Shown here: positions 1-9,877 of the stretch, in pieces | How the letters are laid out: each line of letters starts with the position of its first letter | Position numbering within the stretch: position 1 is the stretch's first letter | Assembly: GCA_045862955.1 (NCBI GenBank) | Contig: BTVI01000007.1 | Span: 1-64,000 of the forward strand | DNA from: Fimbriimonadales bacterium | GTDB lineage: Bacteria > Armatimonadota > Fimbriimonadia > Fimbriimonadales > JABRVX01 | DNA: 64,000 nt | Reading direction: 5' to 3' | Program-made: the position numbers and the translations under genes | The notes under the pieces: model-generated | The model's input: the letters and a program-made list of their open reading frames with translations, nothing else | The model's database searches: none | Told to the model about the DNA's origin: nothing

Positions 1-423
1 GGAGGTGCATTCGGACTCAGCATCGCTTCCGGGAGGCACTTCGGTGTCTCGGGCCTCTCATTCCAGGAAGTCCGCCGGCCGGAGGACAGCCCGGGTCGTG
101 GTAGGGGATATCGAGAGCTGTACGGCGCCGACTTCACCCGACAACTGGGTAGCCTTCGTCTGCAGAGTGAATGGGTGCGCACGCGCCGCGGACACTCGGT
201 CGAAGATGTAGACAACGACTACCTTCTCGTACGTTTGGTGTACACTTTGAACGGTGAGCGGTCGCTTGCACTCACGCTGGCACGAGACTTCGACTCGGGC
301 TCGGACTACTACCGGTTGAGACACTCGCTGCTCGTCCAGGATCGACTCGATGCGTACCAGCAAGTGCGGTGGCGCAACGGGAGTATCACCGAGGCGTCAC
401 TCGGACTGAGGATCCGCTTCTAA
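1..423 (+). CDS. 3' part of probable outer-membrane beta-barrel protein (5'-truncated)
   Basis: Frame 1 is open from base 1 to TAA at 421-423; amphipathic strand pattern; ends SLGLRIRF with terminal Phe, typical of OM barrels. Confidence 0.5.
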   Translation, partial: GGAFGLSIASGRHFGVSGLSFQEVRRPEDSPGRGRGYRELYGADFTRQLGSLRLQSEWVRTRRGHSVEDVDNDYLLVRLVYTLNGERSLALTLARDFDSGSDYYRLRHSLLVQDRLDAYQQVRWRNGSITEASLGLRIRF

Positions 424-424
424 G

Positions 425-1174
425 ATGACTGATACGCGCAACCCTCTGGTGCGCAACAGTCGGGATCGCCGAAGACCACCCAATTGGCTCGTCGTGGCGC
501 TACCCGTTGCAGCATGTGTGGCTGGGGCGGTGGTAGGACTAACATGGTGGCTGCCGGTGGTGTCAGGCGGCTTCGCAGCCTTAGCAGCAGCGTATGCCAT
601 ACGCTCACAGCGCGCGGCACCGCTTCCCGACGATGTCCCGCCAGGCTTGGACTGCGAGACCGAGTTTGCCTGCCGAGAGCTGCTGCAGCAGTGTGATCGC
701 CTAGCGCAGAACCCAGCGATCCTAGAAGATTCCGATGCTTCGTTCTACCTGGAGCACATCAGCCGTCTCCGCGGTGTCGTGATCGAACTCGCTAGAGACA
801 GGGCAGCACTGAAACGACTGATGCAGGGCCTCGACGAGCCCTCGCTCCAGCTCAGCACGGAGCGGTTGAGTGCGTTGGCGGAGGGTAGCAGCGACCCCGA
901 GGTTGCCGAGCTATACCGTTCCGCACACCGTGTCAGAGACCAACAACTCGCGCTGCTGGCAAATCTGAAGGAGATACGAGCGGCGGGAGATGCACATTGG
1001 GAGCACCTCTCGGCGGTGATAGGTGAGCTCGCTACCTCCACCGCCTTACGCGGCATGCGTGGGCGCATTCAGGCTCAGCAGCAGGCTCTCGAGCGGCTGA
1101 GAACTGACATGGCAGAATACCGCGCCGTCCTAGACGAGCTACGTGTTAGCCTCGGCGAAGAGGAGCACAGCTAG
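425..1174 (+). CDS. Membrane-anchored coiled-coil hypothetical protein
   Basis: Two N-terminal hydrophobic segments followed by long Leu/Glu/Arg helical region; starts 1 nt after the upstream stop. Confidence 0.65.
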   Translation: MTDTRNPLVRNSRDRRRPPNWLVVALPVAACVAGAVVGLTWWLPVVSGGFAALAAAYAIRSQRAAPLPDDVPPGLDCETEFACRELLQQCDRLAQNPAILEDSDASFYLEHISRLRGVVIELARDRAALKRLMQGLDEPSLQLSTERLSALAEGSSDPEVAELYRSAHRVRDQQLALLANLKEIRAAGDAHWEHLSAVIGELATSTALRGMRGRIQAQQQALERLRTDMAEYRAVLDELRVSLGEEEHS

Positions 1175-1214
1175 ACACTCGTAGTACTCGTTCGGGACCT
1201 AACACCCGCTCCGC

Positions 1215-1970
1215 TCAGGGCTCGGCGAGGATGCGAATGCCGTTAAGTGTCAGCATCGGATCCACGTGGTGGATCGAGCGGCATGCGCCTACGATAGTAT
1301 CTGCGACGCCACCCGTTGCTACCACCACGGGATTGCCCCCGAGCTCGGAGCAGATGCGCTCGACCAGTCCGTCTATCGCGGCGGCGAAGCCGAGTACAAT
1401 GCCCGACCGCAGGCTCTCTTCGGTGTTGCGCCCGATCGCCGCGCGCGGCACGGTCAGCGATATCTTGCTGAGGCGGGCGGCTCGGTGAAAGAGCGCGGCG
1501 GTTGATATCTCTACGCCAGGCATGATGGCTCCACCCAAATACTCACCCTTGGCCGAGATCGCGTCGAAGGTCGTGGCAGTGCCCATATCCACCACGACCG
1601 CAGGCACCCCGTACTGCTCGATGGCAGCGACTGCGTTAGCGATGCGGTCGGCACCTACCATCTCCGGTGGTTCGTTCAGGATGGGCAGGTTCTTGGCGGT
1701 TAGGTGTGTAATGAAGAGTGGCTCGATCTCCAGCCAGCGACGAGCATAGAGCAGGAATCGATCACTCAGCGCAGGTACCACGCTGCACACTGCCATGCGG
1801 TCCACACACTCCGTGGAGCATGCCCTCTGGGTCATGGTGCTGAGAAATGCGCCGATCTCGTCCTCGGTCCACGCAGGGTTGGTATGTTGGCGCCATGTCG
1901 CACGCCAGTCACTGCCGTCGTGGAGGCCGTAGAAGATGTGCGTGTTTCCTACGTCAATCGCCAAGAGCAT
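1215..1970 (-). CDS. coaX: Type III pantothenate kinase
   Basis: LAIDVGNT, GADR, VVDMGTATT, GGAIMPG, ATGG motifs. Confidence 0.95.
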   Translation of the reverse strand: MLLAIDVGNTHIFYGLHDGSDWRATWRQHTNPAWTEDEIGAFLSTMTQRACSTECVDRMAVCSVVPALSDRFLLYARRWLEIEPLFITHLTAKNLPILNEPPEMVGADRIANAVAAIEQYGVPAVVVDMGTATTFDAISAKGEYLGGAIMPGVEISTAALFHRAARLSKISLTVPRAAIGRNTEESLRSGIVLGFAAAIDGLVERICSELGGNPVVVATGGVADTIVGACRSIHHVDPMLTLNGIRILAEP

Positions 1971-3333
1971 CGGTCAACTCCACTCGAGAGTAGATGTCTC
2001 CCCCCGCTTCGTCTATCAGCAGCTGCAGGACGCGTTCGGCCACGCGGTCGCGATGCTCGCGATCGTGGTGCTCACACATCACGCGTAGCATCGGCTGGGT
2101 ACCGGACGCTCGAACGAGGAGTCTGCCCTCGTTCCCCAACTCTCGCTCCGCCTCGGCTATGCCATGCTCCACGGCGGCCGTGCGCCACGCGGACCGGTCG
2201 CGAACCCGAACGTTGATCAGCACCTGAGGCCAGGGTTCGTACAGTGCAGCTAGTTCGGAAAGTGCCTTGCCGGTCTGTGCGATCACTTGCAGCACCTCGA
2301 GCGCGGTTACGATCCCGTCTCCCGTCGGAGCCTTCTCGCGGAATACGATGTGGCCCGACTGCTCCCCACCTGCAAGCGCGCCCGTCGCATCCATCCGCTC
2401 CACCACATAGCGGTCCCCAACCGGTGCGCGTTCCAGCCTCACCCCGTGTTCGGCAAGGAGCCGCTCCATCCCCATGTTGGTCATGACGGTTCCCACGACA
2501 ATCGGGGGGTCGAGTGTACCGAGCCGCTTTCGATGCAGCGCCCACAGAGCGAGAATGTGGTCGCCATTGACGAGGCGTCCGTTCTCGTCGGCCAAAACCG
2601 CACGATCGGCGTCGCCATCGAAGGCTAAGCCGATGTGTGCCTTTGCCTCTAACGTCGCTCGCAGTAGGTACTGTGGTTTGGTTGCGCCGCCCTCGGCGTT
2701 GATGTTCAGGCCATTCGGTCGAACACCGGTCTCGACAACCTCGGCGCCAGCAGCCTCCATGACGGGCCGGGCCCACTCGGTCGCGGCACCGTGTGCGCAG
2801 TCCACCAAAACGCGCAGCCCATCTAGCCGCATCGGAAACGCCGCCCGCGTCCATGCGATGTGCCGTTCTAACAGCCCGCTAAGCGCATTGACGGTGCCCA
2901 CGCGCCTCGGATCCGCGCGGGGAGCGCCATCCGCGTCCAGGGTCGTCTCGATTTCAGCCTCGAAGGCGTCGGACAGCTTCCGACCATCCGAGCCGATAAG
3001 CTTGATGCCGTTGTCCTCAGCGGGATTGTGCGATGCCGAAACCATCGCCCCCATCGCATATCCGTCCTCTCGGACGAATCGAGCCAGGGTTCCGGTCGGA
3101 ATCACCCCCGCGAGGAACACCTCTCCGCCACTGGAGCAACACCCTGCGGCGAAGGCGCACTCGAGCATCGTAGAGCTGAGTCGGGGATCTCTGCCGAGCA
3201 GTATGCGTGGGTGACCTTCCCGTTGGACGGCGAGGGCCGCCGCCGCACGCCCCAAGGCCAGGGCGAGTTCGGGGGACAAGTCTTGATTGGCGACCCCGCG
3301 CACCCCATCGGTGCCGAACAGGGTCTTACTCAT
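1954..3333 (-). CDS. glmM: Phosphoglucosamine mutase
   Basis: FGTDGVRG, SASHNP, DGDADR, GGEQSGH, RASGTQP motifs. Confidence 0.95.
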   Translation of the reverse strand: MSKTLFGTDGVRGVANQDLSPELALALGRAAAALAVQREGHPRILLGRDPRLSSTMLECAFAAGCCSSGGEVFLAGVIPTGTLARFVREDGYAMGAMVSASHNPAEDNGIKLIGSDGRKLSDAFEAEIETTLDADGAPRADPRRVGTVNALSGLLERHIAWTRAAFPMRLDGLRVLVDCAHGAATEWARPVMEAAGAEVVETGVRPNGLNINAEGGATKPQYLLRATLEAKAHIGLAFDGDADRAVLADENGRLVNGDHILALWALHRKRLGTLDPPIVVGTVMTNMGMERLLAEHGVRLERAPVGDRYVVERMDATGALAGGEQSGHIVFREKAPTGDGIVTALEVLQVIAQTGKALSELAALYEPWPQVLINVRVRDRSAWRTAAVEHGIAEAERELGNEGRLLVRASGTQPMLRVMCEHHDREHRDRVAERVLQLLIDEAGGDIYSRVELTDALGD

Positions 3334-3892
3334 TCGCGCCTTCGTCGAACGGCGCTTTGGTCACGCGGACTCGGCTCGCCCGGATTACCCGCCCGTTCAG
3401 CACATAGCCGCGCCGAAGTTCCTCCAACACGATGTCCGGAGGTTGCTCAGCAGAGACGGCAACCGCAACCGCCTCGTGGAGATTCGGGTCGAAGGGTTTG
3501 CCTACTGCCTCGATGGGAGTTACGCCGATCTGCTGAAGAGCGGTCTCGAACTGCTTTTGGATCATACGGATGCCGTCCACGACGGCTTCTATGCTAGACG
3601 CCTGGTCCGCGGCCGCGATGGCTAACTCCAAGTTGTCCATCGCAGGCAGGAAAGCCGACACCGCTTGCTCGATTGCTTGGGCGCGGATACCCTGCGACTC
3701 TTGCTCGACGCGCTTCCGGAGGTTGCGGTAGTCTGCCATAGCCCTCAGCGCCTGCTCTTTGGCTTCATCGCGCTCTTTGCTCAGTTGTTCGATGGTCTGT
3801 TGCAGAGCTGCGATGTCGGGGGTCGCACTCTCGGCCTGCGGAGTGGTAGGCGCCGTCGAGGGGGCAGCGGCTCGTTTGGGCTTAGCTGTCAT
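3326..3892 (-). CDS. grpE: Nucleotide exchange factor GrpE
   Basis: RAMADYRNLRKR, FDPNLHEAV, GYVLNGRVIRAS motifs. Confidence 0.95.
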   Translation of the reverse strand: MTAKPKRAAAPSTAPTTPQAESATPDIAALQQTIEQLSKERDEAKEQALRAMADYRNLRKRVEQESQGIRAQAIEQAVSAFLPAMDNLELAIAAADQASSIEAVVDGIRMIQKQFETALQQIGVTPIEAVGKPFDPNLHEAVAVAVSAEQPPDIVLEELRRGYVLNGRVIRASRVRVTKAPFDEGANE

Positions 3893-3907
3893 TACCTGGA
3901 TTCTACC

Positions 3908-4441
3908 CTAGGCTTCGATGGCAAAGTCCTCGAAAGCCGGGAGGTAGTTGCGCCACAGCTCGTTCTGCTGCGCCCTAAGGTAGTTCGCCAAGCTGATATA
4001 CGGTGTGTACCGCGGGCGGCGAGGCTGCCTCACGAGCTTCATGTTCGTCAAAGGCAGCAACTTGTCGCCCTTCTTCAGGTTGCAGCGGCGGCAGCAAGCG
4101 ACCAGGTTGTCCCACGTGTGGGTGCCACCCATCCGTCTGGGGATGACATGGTCGATCGTCAGGTCACGGCTCGGACGACCGCAATACTGACAGGTGTGGT
4201 TGTCTCGCGCAAGGATCGTCTGCCTGCACAGCTTGAGCTGGGGCAGAGGCCGACGAACGTGGTATCGCATGCGCAGAACGGATGGAACCGCTATGGATCC
4301 AGATACGGTGTGAAGCTTCCGATCGGCATGATGCGCAACCTCGGCCTTACCCAGCATCACGAGTGTCAACGCACGAATGGTGGTGCACACGTTCAGCGGT
4401 TCGTAGTCGTTGTTCAGCAGCAGAACTTCGCCAGCCGCCAT
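3908..4441 (-). CDS. HNH endonuclease (McrA/HNH_5-like)
   Basis: VLLLNNDYEPL N-terminus; RDNHTCQYCG...TIDHVIPRRMGG..WDNLVACCRRCNLKK; start placed at ATG 4441. Confidence 0.9.
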   Translation of the reverse strand: MAAGEVLLLNNDYEPLNVCTTIRALTLVMLGKAEVAHHADRKLHTVSGSIAVPSVLRMRYHVRRPLPQLKLCRQTILARDNHTCQYCGRPSRDLTIDHVIPRRMGGTHTWDNLVACCRRCNLKKGDKLLPLTNMKLVRQPRRPRYTPYISLANYLRAQQNELWRNYLPAFEDFAIEA

Positions 4442-4691
4442 GGACGGTTCAACCTCGCTCCCAAAGAATGACGCCCGCCGTGGAATCACATGCGGGCGCG
4501 CCTATCCGAGTACGGAGTTCACCACTCCGTCGTTGGCTAAGCGCGCACGTGGCGAACCAACTGCCGGTCCGCCATCGGATTGCATGCATAACACGTAGTT
4601 GCGTCATGTTCGAACAAGATTGTACCAACAGGAGCGGCGGCTGTCAAGAGATTCGGCCACGCCCTGCATTCCCATCGGGCACAATGGGTGG

Positions 4692-5864
4692 GTGCACAGG
4701 CAAGACCGGTATCTAACTGTAGTACTGAGCGGTGCCGCGGGAGAACCGTGTGAGGAACTCGACGGGAAGACCCCTCTCCAGGCGGCCCCCACGCCGCATC
4801 TGGACGCCCTCGCGGCCGAAGCCGAGGTCGGATGTGCCGAGTTACCCGAGACGGCGGACCCCTCGAGACCGGAGACCTCCATTGCCGTCCTGCTGGGAGT
4901 AGAACCGACCTCGCTCCCGCACGGGCCGCTCCTGGCCGCTGCGATGGAATTCAGGCCGGAAGAGCAAGACGTCTGCTTCCGGTGCGAATTCGTCGCAACG
5001 GACGGCGACACGCTGCTTGGACCCACGGGAGCCCTGCCCGAGCAACAGGAGCGCGCGCTGGTCGGTCTGGTACAGGAGAAGCTGAGCACTCGAAGGCTAC
5101 GCGTGATCCCTGGCAACGGCAGCCCGCACCTCCTCTTGTGGACGGACGGCCCGCGAGATTTGGAGTGCTGTCCACCCGAGCTGGCTCGCGGACTGCCGCT
5201 TCGCCGGGCCTTGCCACGTGGCGATGGCGAGGAGGTGCTTCGCCGCTTCGTAGACGACTGCCTCAACCTGCTCTACGGCCACCCGGTGAACCGAGCGCGA
5301 GCTGGCGAAGGCTTGCCCCCGGCGAACCTGCTGTGGCCATACGAGAACGGCACGCTCCCGAAGCTCAGGCCCTTCGGTATCGAGTGGGGAATGACTGCCG
5401 GATTGGTCGCTGCAGTACCCGAGGTGCGGGGGCTTGGGTGCTTACTAGGCATGCATGTGGCAGACCCAGGCCGGGTGGAGACCGACTACGATGCTGCGCT
5501 AGCACAGTGCCTAAATCTACTGCAGTCTCACAGATTCGTGCTCCTCCATGTCCCTTCATGCAGGGCCGCCCGGAACCGCGGCGATGCAACGGAAGTGGCC
5601 TACACCCTTCGGGACATGGACACTCGGCTGATCGCGCCTCTTCGTGAGCTTCAGGCTGCCAGTCGGCTCTGCCTTATGCTGGTTTGTGACGAAGCGAAAC
5701 GCTCCCGGGCACCCATGCTTTACCTGCTGTCGCCCAGGAAGGCGATGAGCGTCCAGCCGCCGTTCGACGAACGCCTAGCTGCAGAAGATGGAGTCGCTCG
5801 GTTAGCTGCCGCAGCGCTGTTGAGCAAGCTGTTGAAGCCCACCTCGCTCTTGAGCGATCTTTAG
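4692..5864 (+). CDS. ApgM-like (cofactor-independent phosphoglycerate mutase family) protein, catalytic residues degenerate
   Basis: GKTPLQAAPTPHLDALA, HPVNRAR.GEGLPPANLLW motifs; start GTG 4692 is an estimate. Confidence 0.75.
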   Translation: MHRQDRYLTVVLSGAAGEPCEELDGKTPLQAAPTPHLDALAAEAEVGCAELPETADPSRPETSIAVLLGVEPTSLPHGPLLAAAMEFRPEEQDVCFRCEFVATDGDTLLGPTGALPEQQERALVGLVQEKLSTRRLRVIPGNGSPHLLLWTDGPRDLECCPPELARGLPLRRALPRGDGEEVLRRFVDDCLNLLYGHPVNRARAGEGLPPANLLWPYENGTLPKLRPFGIEWGMTAGLVAAVPEVRGLGCLLGMHVADPGRVETDYDAALAQCLNLLQSHRFVLLHVPSCRAARNRGDATEVAYTLRDMDTRLIAPLRELQAASRLCLMLVCDEAKRSRAPMLYLLSPRKAMSVQPPFDERLAAEDGVARLAAAALLSKLLKPTSLLSDL

Positions 5865-5914
5865 TAAGGCGGGCCGCCAGAGGCGGCCCGCCGAACCGAT
5901 GACTGCCGCTCCGA

Positions 5915-7348
5915 TCAGCGGCCAGACGGATTTCCGGGCATGCGGAAGCCGAAGCCTGGACTAGGGCCGCCAGGAGCATTCCGGTAGACAGAGACCGAGT
6001 TTCCGGTGGACACGAGCAGCAGTGGCGACGGGGCGCCTTGCGGCTGTGCAATCGTCACCGGTGTCGAGATCGGCCCGCCGACGAAGATCGGGTAGTTCGC
6101 CCGGGTGTTCAGGTTCGAATCCAGCGAATACAGGAAGCCCTGTTCGTTGCCGATGTAGATGTTCCCAGCACTATCGATGACAGGATGCGTCCTGAGCTGG
6201 CCGATGTCGGTGCGCGAGGCGATCAGAGTCATGTTGGTGGTGTTGACGGCGTGAATGCCGCTCACACCGTCACCGAGCGTAACGACGTACGCGCGGTTGT
6301 TCGAGGAGTTATAGGCAGGGCCACCAACGATGGAGCCGTTTGCAAACGTCAGGCGAGTCGGGTTTCCTACCCCGGTGCTAGGAAGCTTGTAGAGGACGTT
6401 CCCTTTGCGTCCCGTCTCTGGGTTGATCGAACTAGCCCACAGCAGGTCTCCATTGGCCAGCACGACGACCGGCCCGTCGAAGGACTCGTCGAACCCTCGT
6501 TGCCAGGCCACCGACGCCATGGTGAGGTTCACGGCGGTTACGACCCCGTAGTGGCCCACCATGTACAGCGTGTTGTTATTGGAGGCAAGCGCCGCACTGA
6601 CGGGCGAGAACATCGTCGTGCCCGTGCCGAGACTGGATATCCCAGCGTCTGACCAGGGCTTGGGCACCCTGAGCGAGAACACGTAGTCCTCCGGATTCCG
6701 CCATTCGCAGTGCACGTACCGCCAGTAGACGGTCCCGCTAATACTCGTCCAGATGATCCCTGTTACCGTCACCGGCGTATCCTCGTCCTTGAGAGGCACG
6801 GTCTGTGTCGTGTTGGCAGTCGGAGCCTGCGAACGCCAGGCACCACCTACTTCGTAAAGGACGATCGAACCTATGCTGAACGGGTCAGGGAAGTAAATGT
6901 AGTTCCTCCCATAACCTGACCAGGCAGACGCAACCCACTCCGGAGAGGCGCAGTTGCCGCTATTCACTTCGTCGTCACACCAGCGAGGCGGGTCCAGCCC
7001 TTCGGTATCGTGAATATTGAAGATCAGCTTCAGCTGCGTTGCTGCCGAAGTGTTGCCCGGGGTCGTGTTCATGACGTCGTAGGCCTGCCCCATCGTGGGG
7101 TCATACGCTCTAAGTTGCGGGCCCTGCGGAGTCCAGAAGTAGCTCCCGTCCCAACTGGCCTCTTCGGTGCCGCCGAGACCGACCCAGCGGACGAGCAAGC
7201 TCGGATTGGATGGACCGGCGAGGTTGACCTTGTGCCGATTCTGCGCGTCCACACCCCACTTCGGCCAGCCAGAGTTCATGAGCTGGCCTTTTGCCGGAGG
7301 CATTGCCGCAAAGGACGCAATCAATACAGCCGCCAGAAGAATTCGCAT
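5915..7348 (-). CDS. Secreted PQQ-type (BamB-like) beta-propeller protein
   Basis: Signal peptide MRILLAAVLIASFAA; WPKWG.DAQN; repeats such as PVIDSAGNIYIGNEQGFLYSLD. Confidence 0.75.
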   Translation of the reverse strand: MRILLAAVLIASFAAMPPAKGQLMNSGWPKWGVDAQNRHKVNLAGPSNPSLLVRWVGLGGTEEASWDGSYFWTPQGPQLRAYDPTMGQAYDVMNTTPGNTSAATQLKLIFNIHDTEGLDPPRWCDDEVNSGNCASPEWVASAWSGYGRNYIYFPDPFSIGSIVLYEVGGAWRSQAPTANTTQTVPLKDEDTPVTVTGIIWTSISGTVYWRYVHCEWRNPEDYVFSLRVPKPWSDAGISSLGTGTTMFSPVSAALASNNNTLYMVGHYGVVTAVNLTMASVAWQRGFDESFDGPVVVLANGDLLWASSINPETGRKGNVLYKLPSTGVGNPTRLTFANGSIVGGPAYNSSNNRAYVVTLGDGVSGIHAVNTTNMTLIASRTDIGQLRTHPVIDSAGNIYIGNEQGFLYSLDSNLNTRANYPIFVGGPISTPVTIAQPQGAPSPLLLVSTGNSVSVYRNAPGGPSPGFGFRMPGNPSGR

Positions 7349-7492
7349 AAGTTCGACCTCCTCTGCGACCCAGCCCGCCCGCACACGAGCAGCCGGCTTG
7401 AGCGCAGCATATCAATATGATACCGGACGAACACCCTGCACCGCAGGATGCACAGCCTGCACCAATAGCTTAACTCGCGAACGGGCCCCTGG

Positions 7493-7987
7493 TTACTCCG
7501 ATTTCTCGTCGGGATCGTAGATGGAGTACATGTCCCATGCTGGGTCCTGAGCGAGCCGCAACGCGCAGATCTGGCCTAAGTGGTAGGCATCGTGCGCAAC
7601 GATCCACTCGGTGAGCACCTTCCAACCCGGCCAGGTCGCGAACGACACCTTCATCGGAGCATCCAAGTCCACTCCGCTAAGCTTCTCCTCCACCTCGGCT
7701 AGAGCCCGCTCTCGAAGCTCGCTCCACTCGCGCGCGAGGTTCCCGAACCCTTCGGTGCTCGGCCGCCAAGCCCCGAAGTCGTGCCGGCGTCCGTCGAGTT
7801 CCGCCGCCAGCGCGAGGCAATTATCAGCAAGGTGAACGAACGTGTCTCGCACGGACATCAACCCACTGCCGAACCGAAAGTCTGCCTGTTCCTCGGTCAG
7901 CCCGTGCACTGCCCGCTCGATCTGACGTCCCACCGCTCGTGCTTGTTCGAGGATCAGAGCCAGCGCATCGGTCTGTTCACTTCCCAT
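7493..7987 (-). CDS. DinB family protein
   Basis: SVRDTFVHL and HDAYHLGQI motifs. Confidence 0.85.
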   Translation of the reverse strand: MGSEQTDALALILEQARAVGRQIERAVHGLTEEQADFRFGSGLMSVRDTFVHLADNCLALAAELDGRRHDFGAWRPSTEGFGNLAREWSELRERALAEVEEKLSGVDLDAPMKVSFATWPGWKVLTEWIVAHDAYHLGQICALRLAQDPAWDMYSIYDPDEKSE

Positions 7988-8570
7988 CGTCGCCCCCGCG
8001 CTCCGCACCATCTCGCAACGAGCCTCTGCTCACGTAGATCACATCACCCGGCTGCAGCTTTTGCACGTCGGGGTCTACCGAGAGCAGTTGCCTCAGCGTG
8101 TACTCCCGTCTAAGAGGCACGCCGCCCGGAATCCACCGCTCGATGCGGATCCGATCGGAGTCGCCCGTCGCTAGCCAGTGTGCCTGCCGCAACGCCTCCA
8201 GCACCGTGAGCCCTGGTTCGAACTCCACTGGTCTCATCACGGAACCAGACCGTATCCAGACGGAGGACCTGGTCTGACGAAGCACTACGATACGGTCCCC
8301 GTCCTGCAGTTGGTAGTTCTGCGCCAGATCGCCGAGCCGCGTTAGGCGAGTCAGGTCTATCGGAATACGGTCTGTGGAGTTCGAACGCTGAAGCGTCACC
8401 CGCGAACTGTCCGCGCCCTGCAGCATCCCCCCTGCGGCGTCCAACGCATGCAACAGAGACGCTCCAGTGGGCAGGACATGTTCCCCGGGCACCTGTACCT
8501 CGCCAACCACTGCAACCCGAATCTCGTCGGCAGCGAGCAGCAGCGCGAGAGCCGCAACCAGCAGATTCAT
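7977..8570 (-). CDS. Secreted SLBB (soluble ligand-binding beta-grasp) domain protein
   Basis: VVGEVQVPG, ALDAAGG, LQDGDRIVV, LQPGDVIYV; signal peptide. Confidence 0.8.
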   Translation of the reverse strand: MNLLVAALALLLAADEIRVAVVGEVQVPGEHVLPTGASLLHALDAAGGMLQGADSSRVTLQRSNSTDRIPIDLTRLTRLGDLAQNYQLQDGDRIVVLRQTRSSVWIRSGSVMRPVEFEPGLTVLEALRQAHWLATGDSDRIRIERWIPGGVPLRREYTLRQLLSVDPDVQKLQPGDVIYVSRGSLRDGAERGGDDGK

Positions 8571-8593
8571 GGCGGAAGCGTACCCCGACGAGG

Positions 8594-9472
8594 CTACTTC
8601 GACAATAGGTCTCGAAGCTGACGACGGCGGGCAAGCTGTCGCAGCTTCTTCAGCGCCTGCATCTCGATCTGCCGGACACGCTCGCGAGACAACTGCAACT
8701 CCCGCCCGATCTCCTGGAGGACGTGCGCGTCACCCTCGGATTCTAAGCCCAGCCGCCGGCGCATCACTTCGATCTCGCGGTCGTTCAGCTCCGCCATGAT
8801 CTCGGTCAACTCCCGCAGCAGCTCGGCAGACAGCATGGCCTGCTCGGGGTTGGCTGTGATCGCATCGTGCAGTAGCGTGCCGAGGGTCGTCGTGTCGTCT
8901 TCACCGACCGACATGTCTAGCGACAGTGGCTCTTGCGCCGACTGCATCAGGTGAATGACTTTCTTCATGCTGATGCCGAGTGCTTCGGCGAGCTGCGAGG
9001 GCGTGGGATCCGTCCCCCGCTCCCTCCGAAACCGCGCTTTCTCGCGCTCGATGCGTCGCAAGGTCTCTGAGACGTGAGCGGGCAGGCGGATAGCCTTCGC
9101 CTTGTTGTCTATGGCCCGTCCGATAGACTGCCGGATCCAGTGCGTAGCATAAGTGCTAAATCGGTAACCCTTCGAGGGATCGAAGCGGGCGACGGCGTTC
9201 ATCAGGCCGATGGCGCCTTCTTGCACGAGGTCCTCGAATGGAATGGCGCGGTTTCGGTAGTGTTTGGCGATGTTCACCACCAACCGCATGTTTGCTTCGA
9301 CCAGCTTTCGGCGAGCCTCTTCGCAGCCGGCGACTGCCTCACGCGTGAGGCGCGCTTCTTCCTCTGCACTAAGGATTTCGGTTTGGGTCAGACGGTTCAG
9401 GTACGACGGAATATGCTCATCGTCCGAGCCGCTTCTGGAGTTAACCCAGTCCGCCCAGTGTTGTTCCGGCAT
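8594..9472 (-). CDS. RpoD/SigA-family sigma-70 factor lacking region 1.1
   Basis: [51 protein letters not shown]. Confidence 0.9.
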   Translation of the reverse strand: MPEQHWADWVNSRSGSDDEHIPSYLNRLTQTEILSAEEEARLTREAVAGCEEARRKLVEANMRLVVNIAKHYRNRAIPFEDLVQEGAIGLMNAVARFDPSKGYRFSTYATHWIRQSIGRAIDNKAKAIRLPAHVSETLRRIEREKARFRRERGTDPTPSQLAEALGISMKKVIHLMQSAQEPLSLDMSVGEDDTTTLGTLLHDAITANPEQAMLSAELLRELTEIMAELNDREIEVMRRRLGLESEGDAHVLQEIGRELQLSRERVRQIEMQALKKLRQLARRRQLRDLLSK

Positions 9473-9877
9473 GGCCGAACCTCATCCCCTTTTGCTGCGG
9501 TATCGCGAAAACTCGAATCCCTTCGAGCAAACAAGTCCTTCGACGACGAGAAAACCGATCCGAGGGTTCGGCACCTGCGCCGATTCCTCCTGCTAGACGT
9601 CGTCGTTTCTGCCCCACGCTCGCCGAGCGTCGCTGGCCTCTCGGGCCGCAACCTAGCGGCGGCACGATCGGGGCCAATTCCCCGTGTCTCCCGCTCGGCG
9701 TGGCAAAGCAGTATACATCGCCTGGCATCCACTCCCGACCTGACAAACATACTCGTTGAGCCGCCGAAGATCGATATTCCTGGTAACCGAAAACGGAAAT
9801 CCCCCTGGTACACTTTCCGAGTGCCCATCGGGCTCGACGTCTAGAATAGACGCCCGGGGTTCGCAGGAGGTTTAGCG

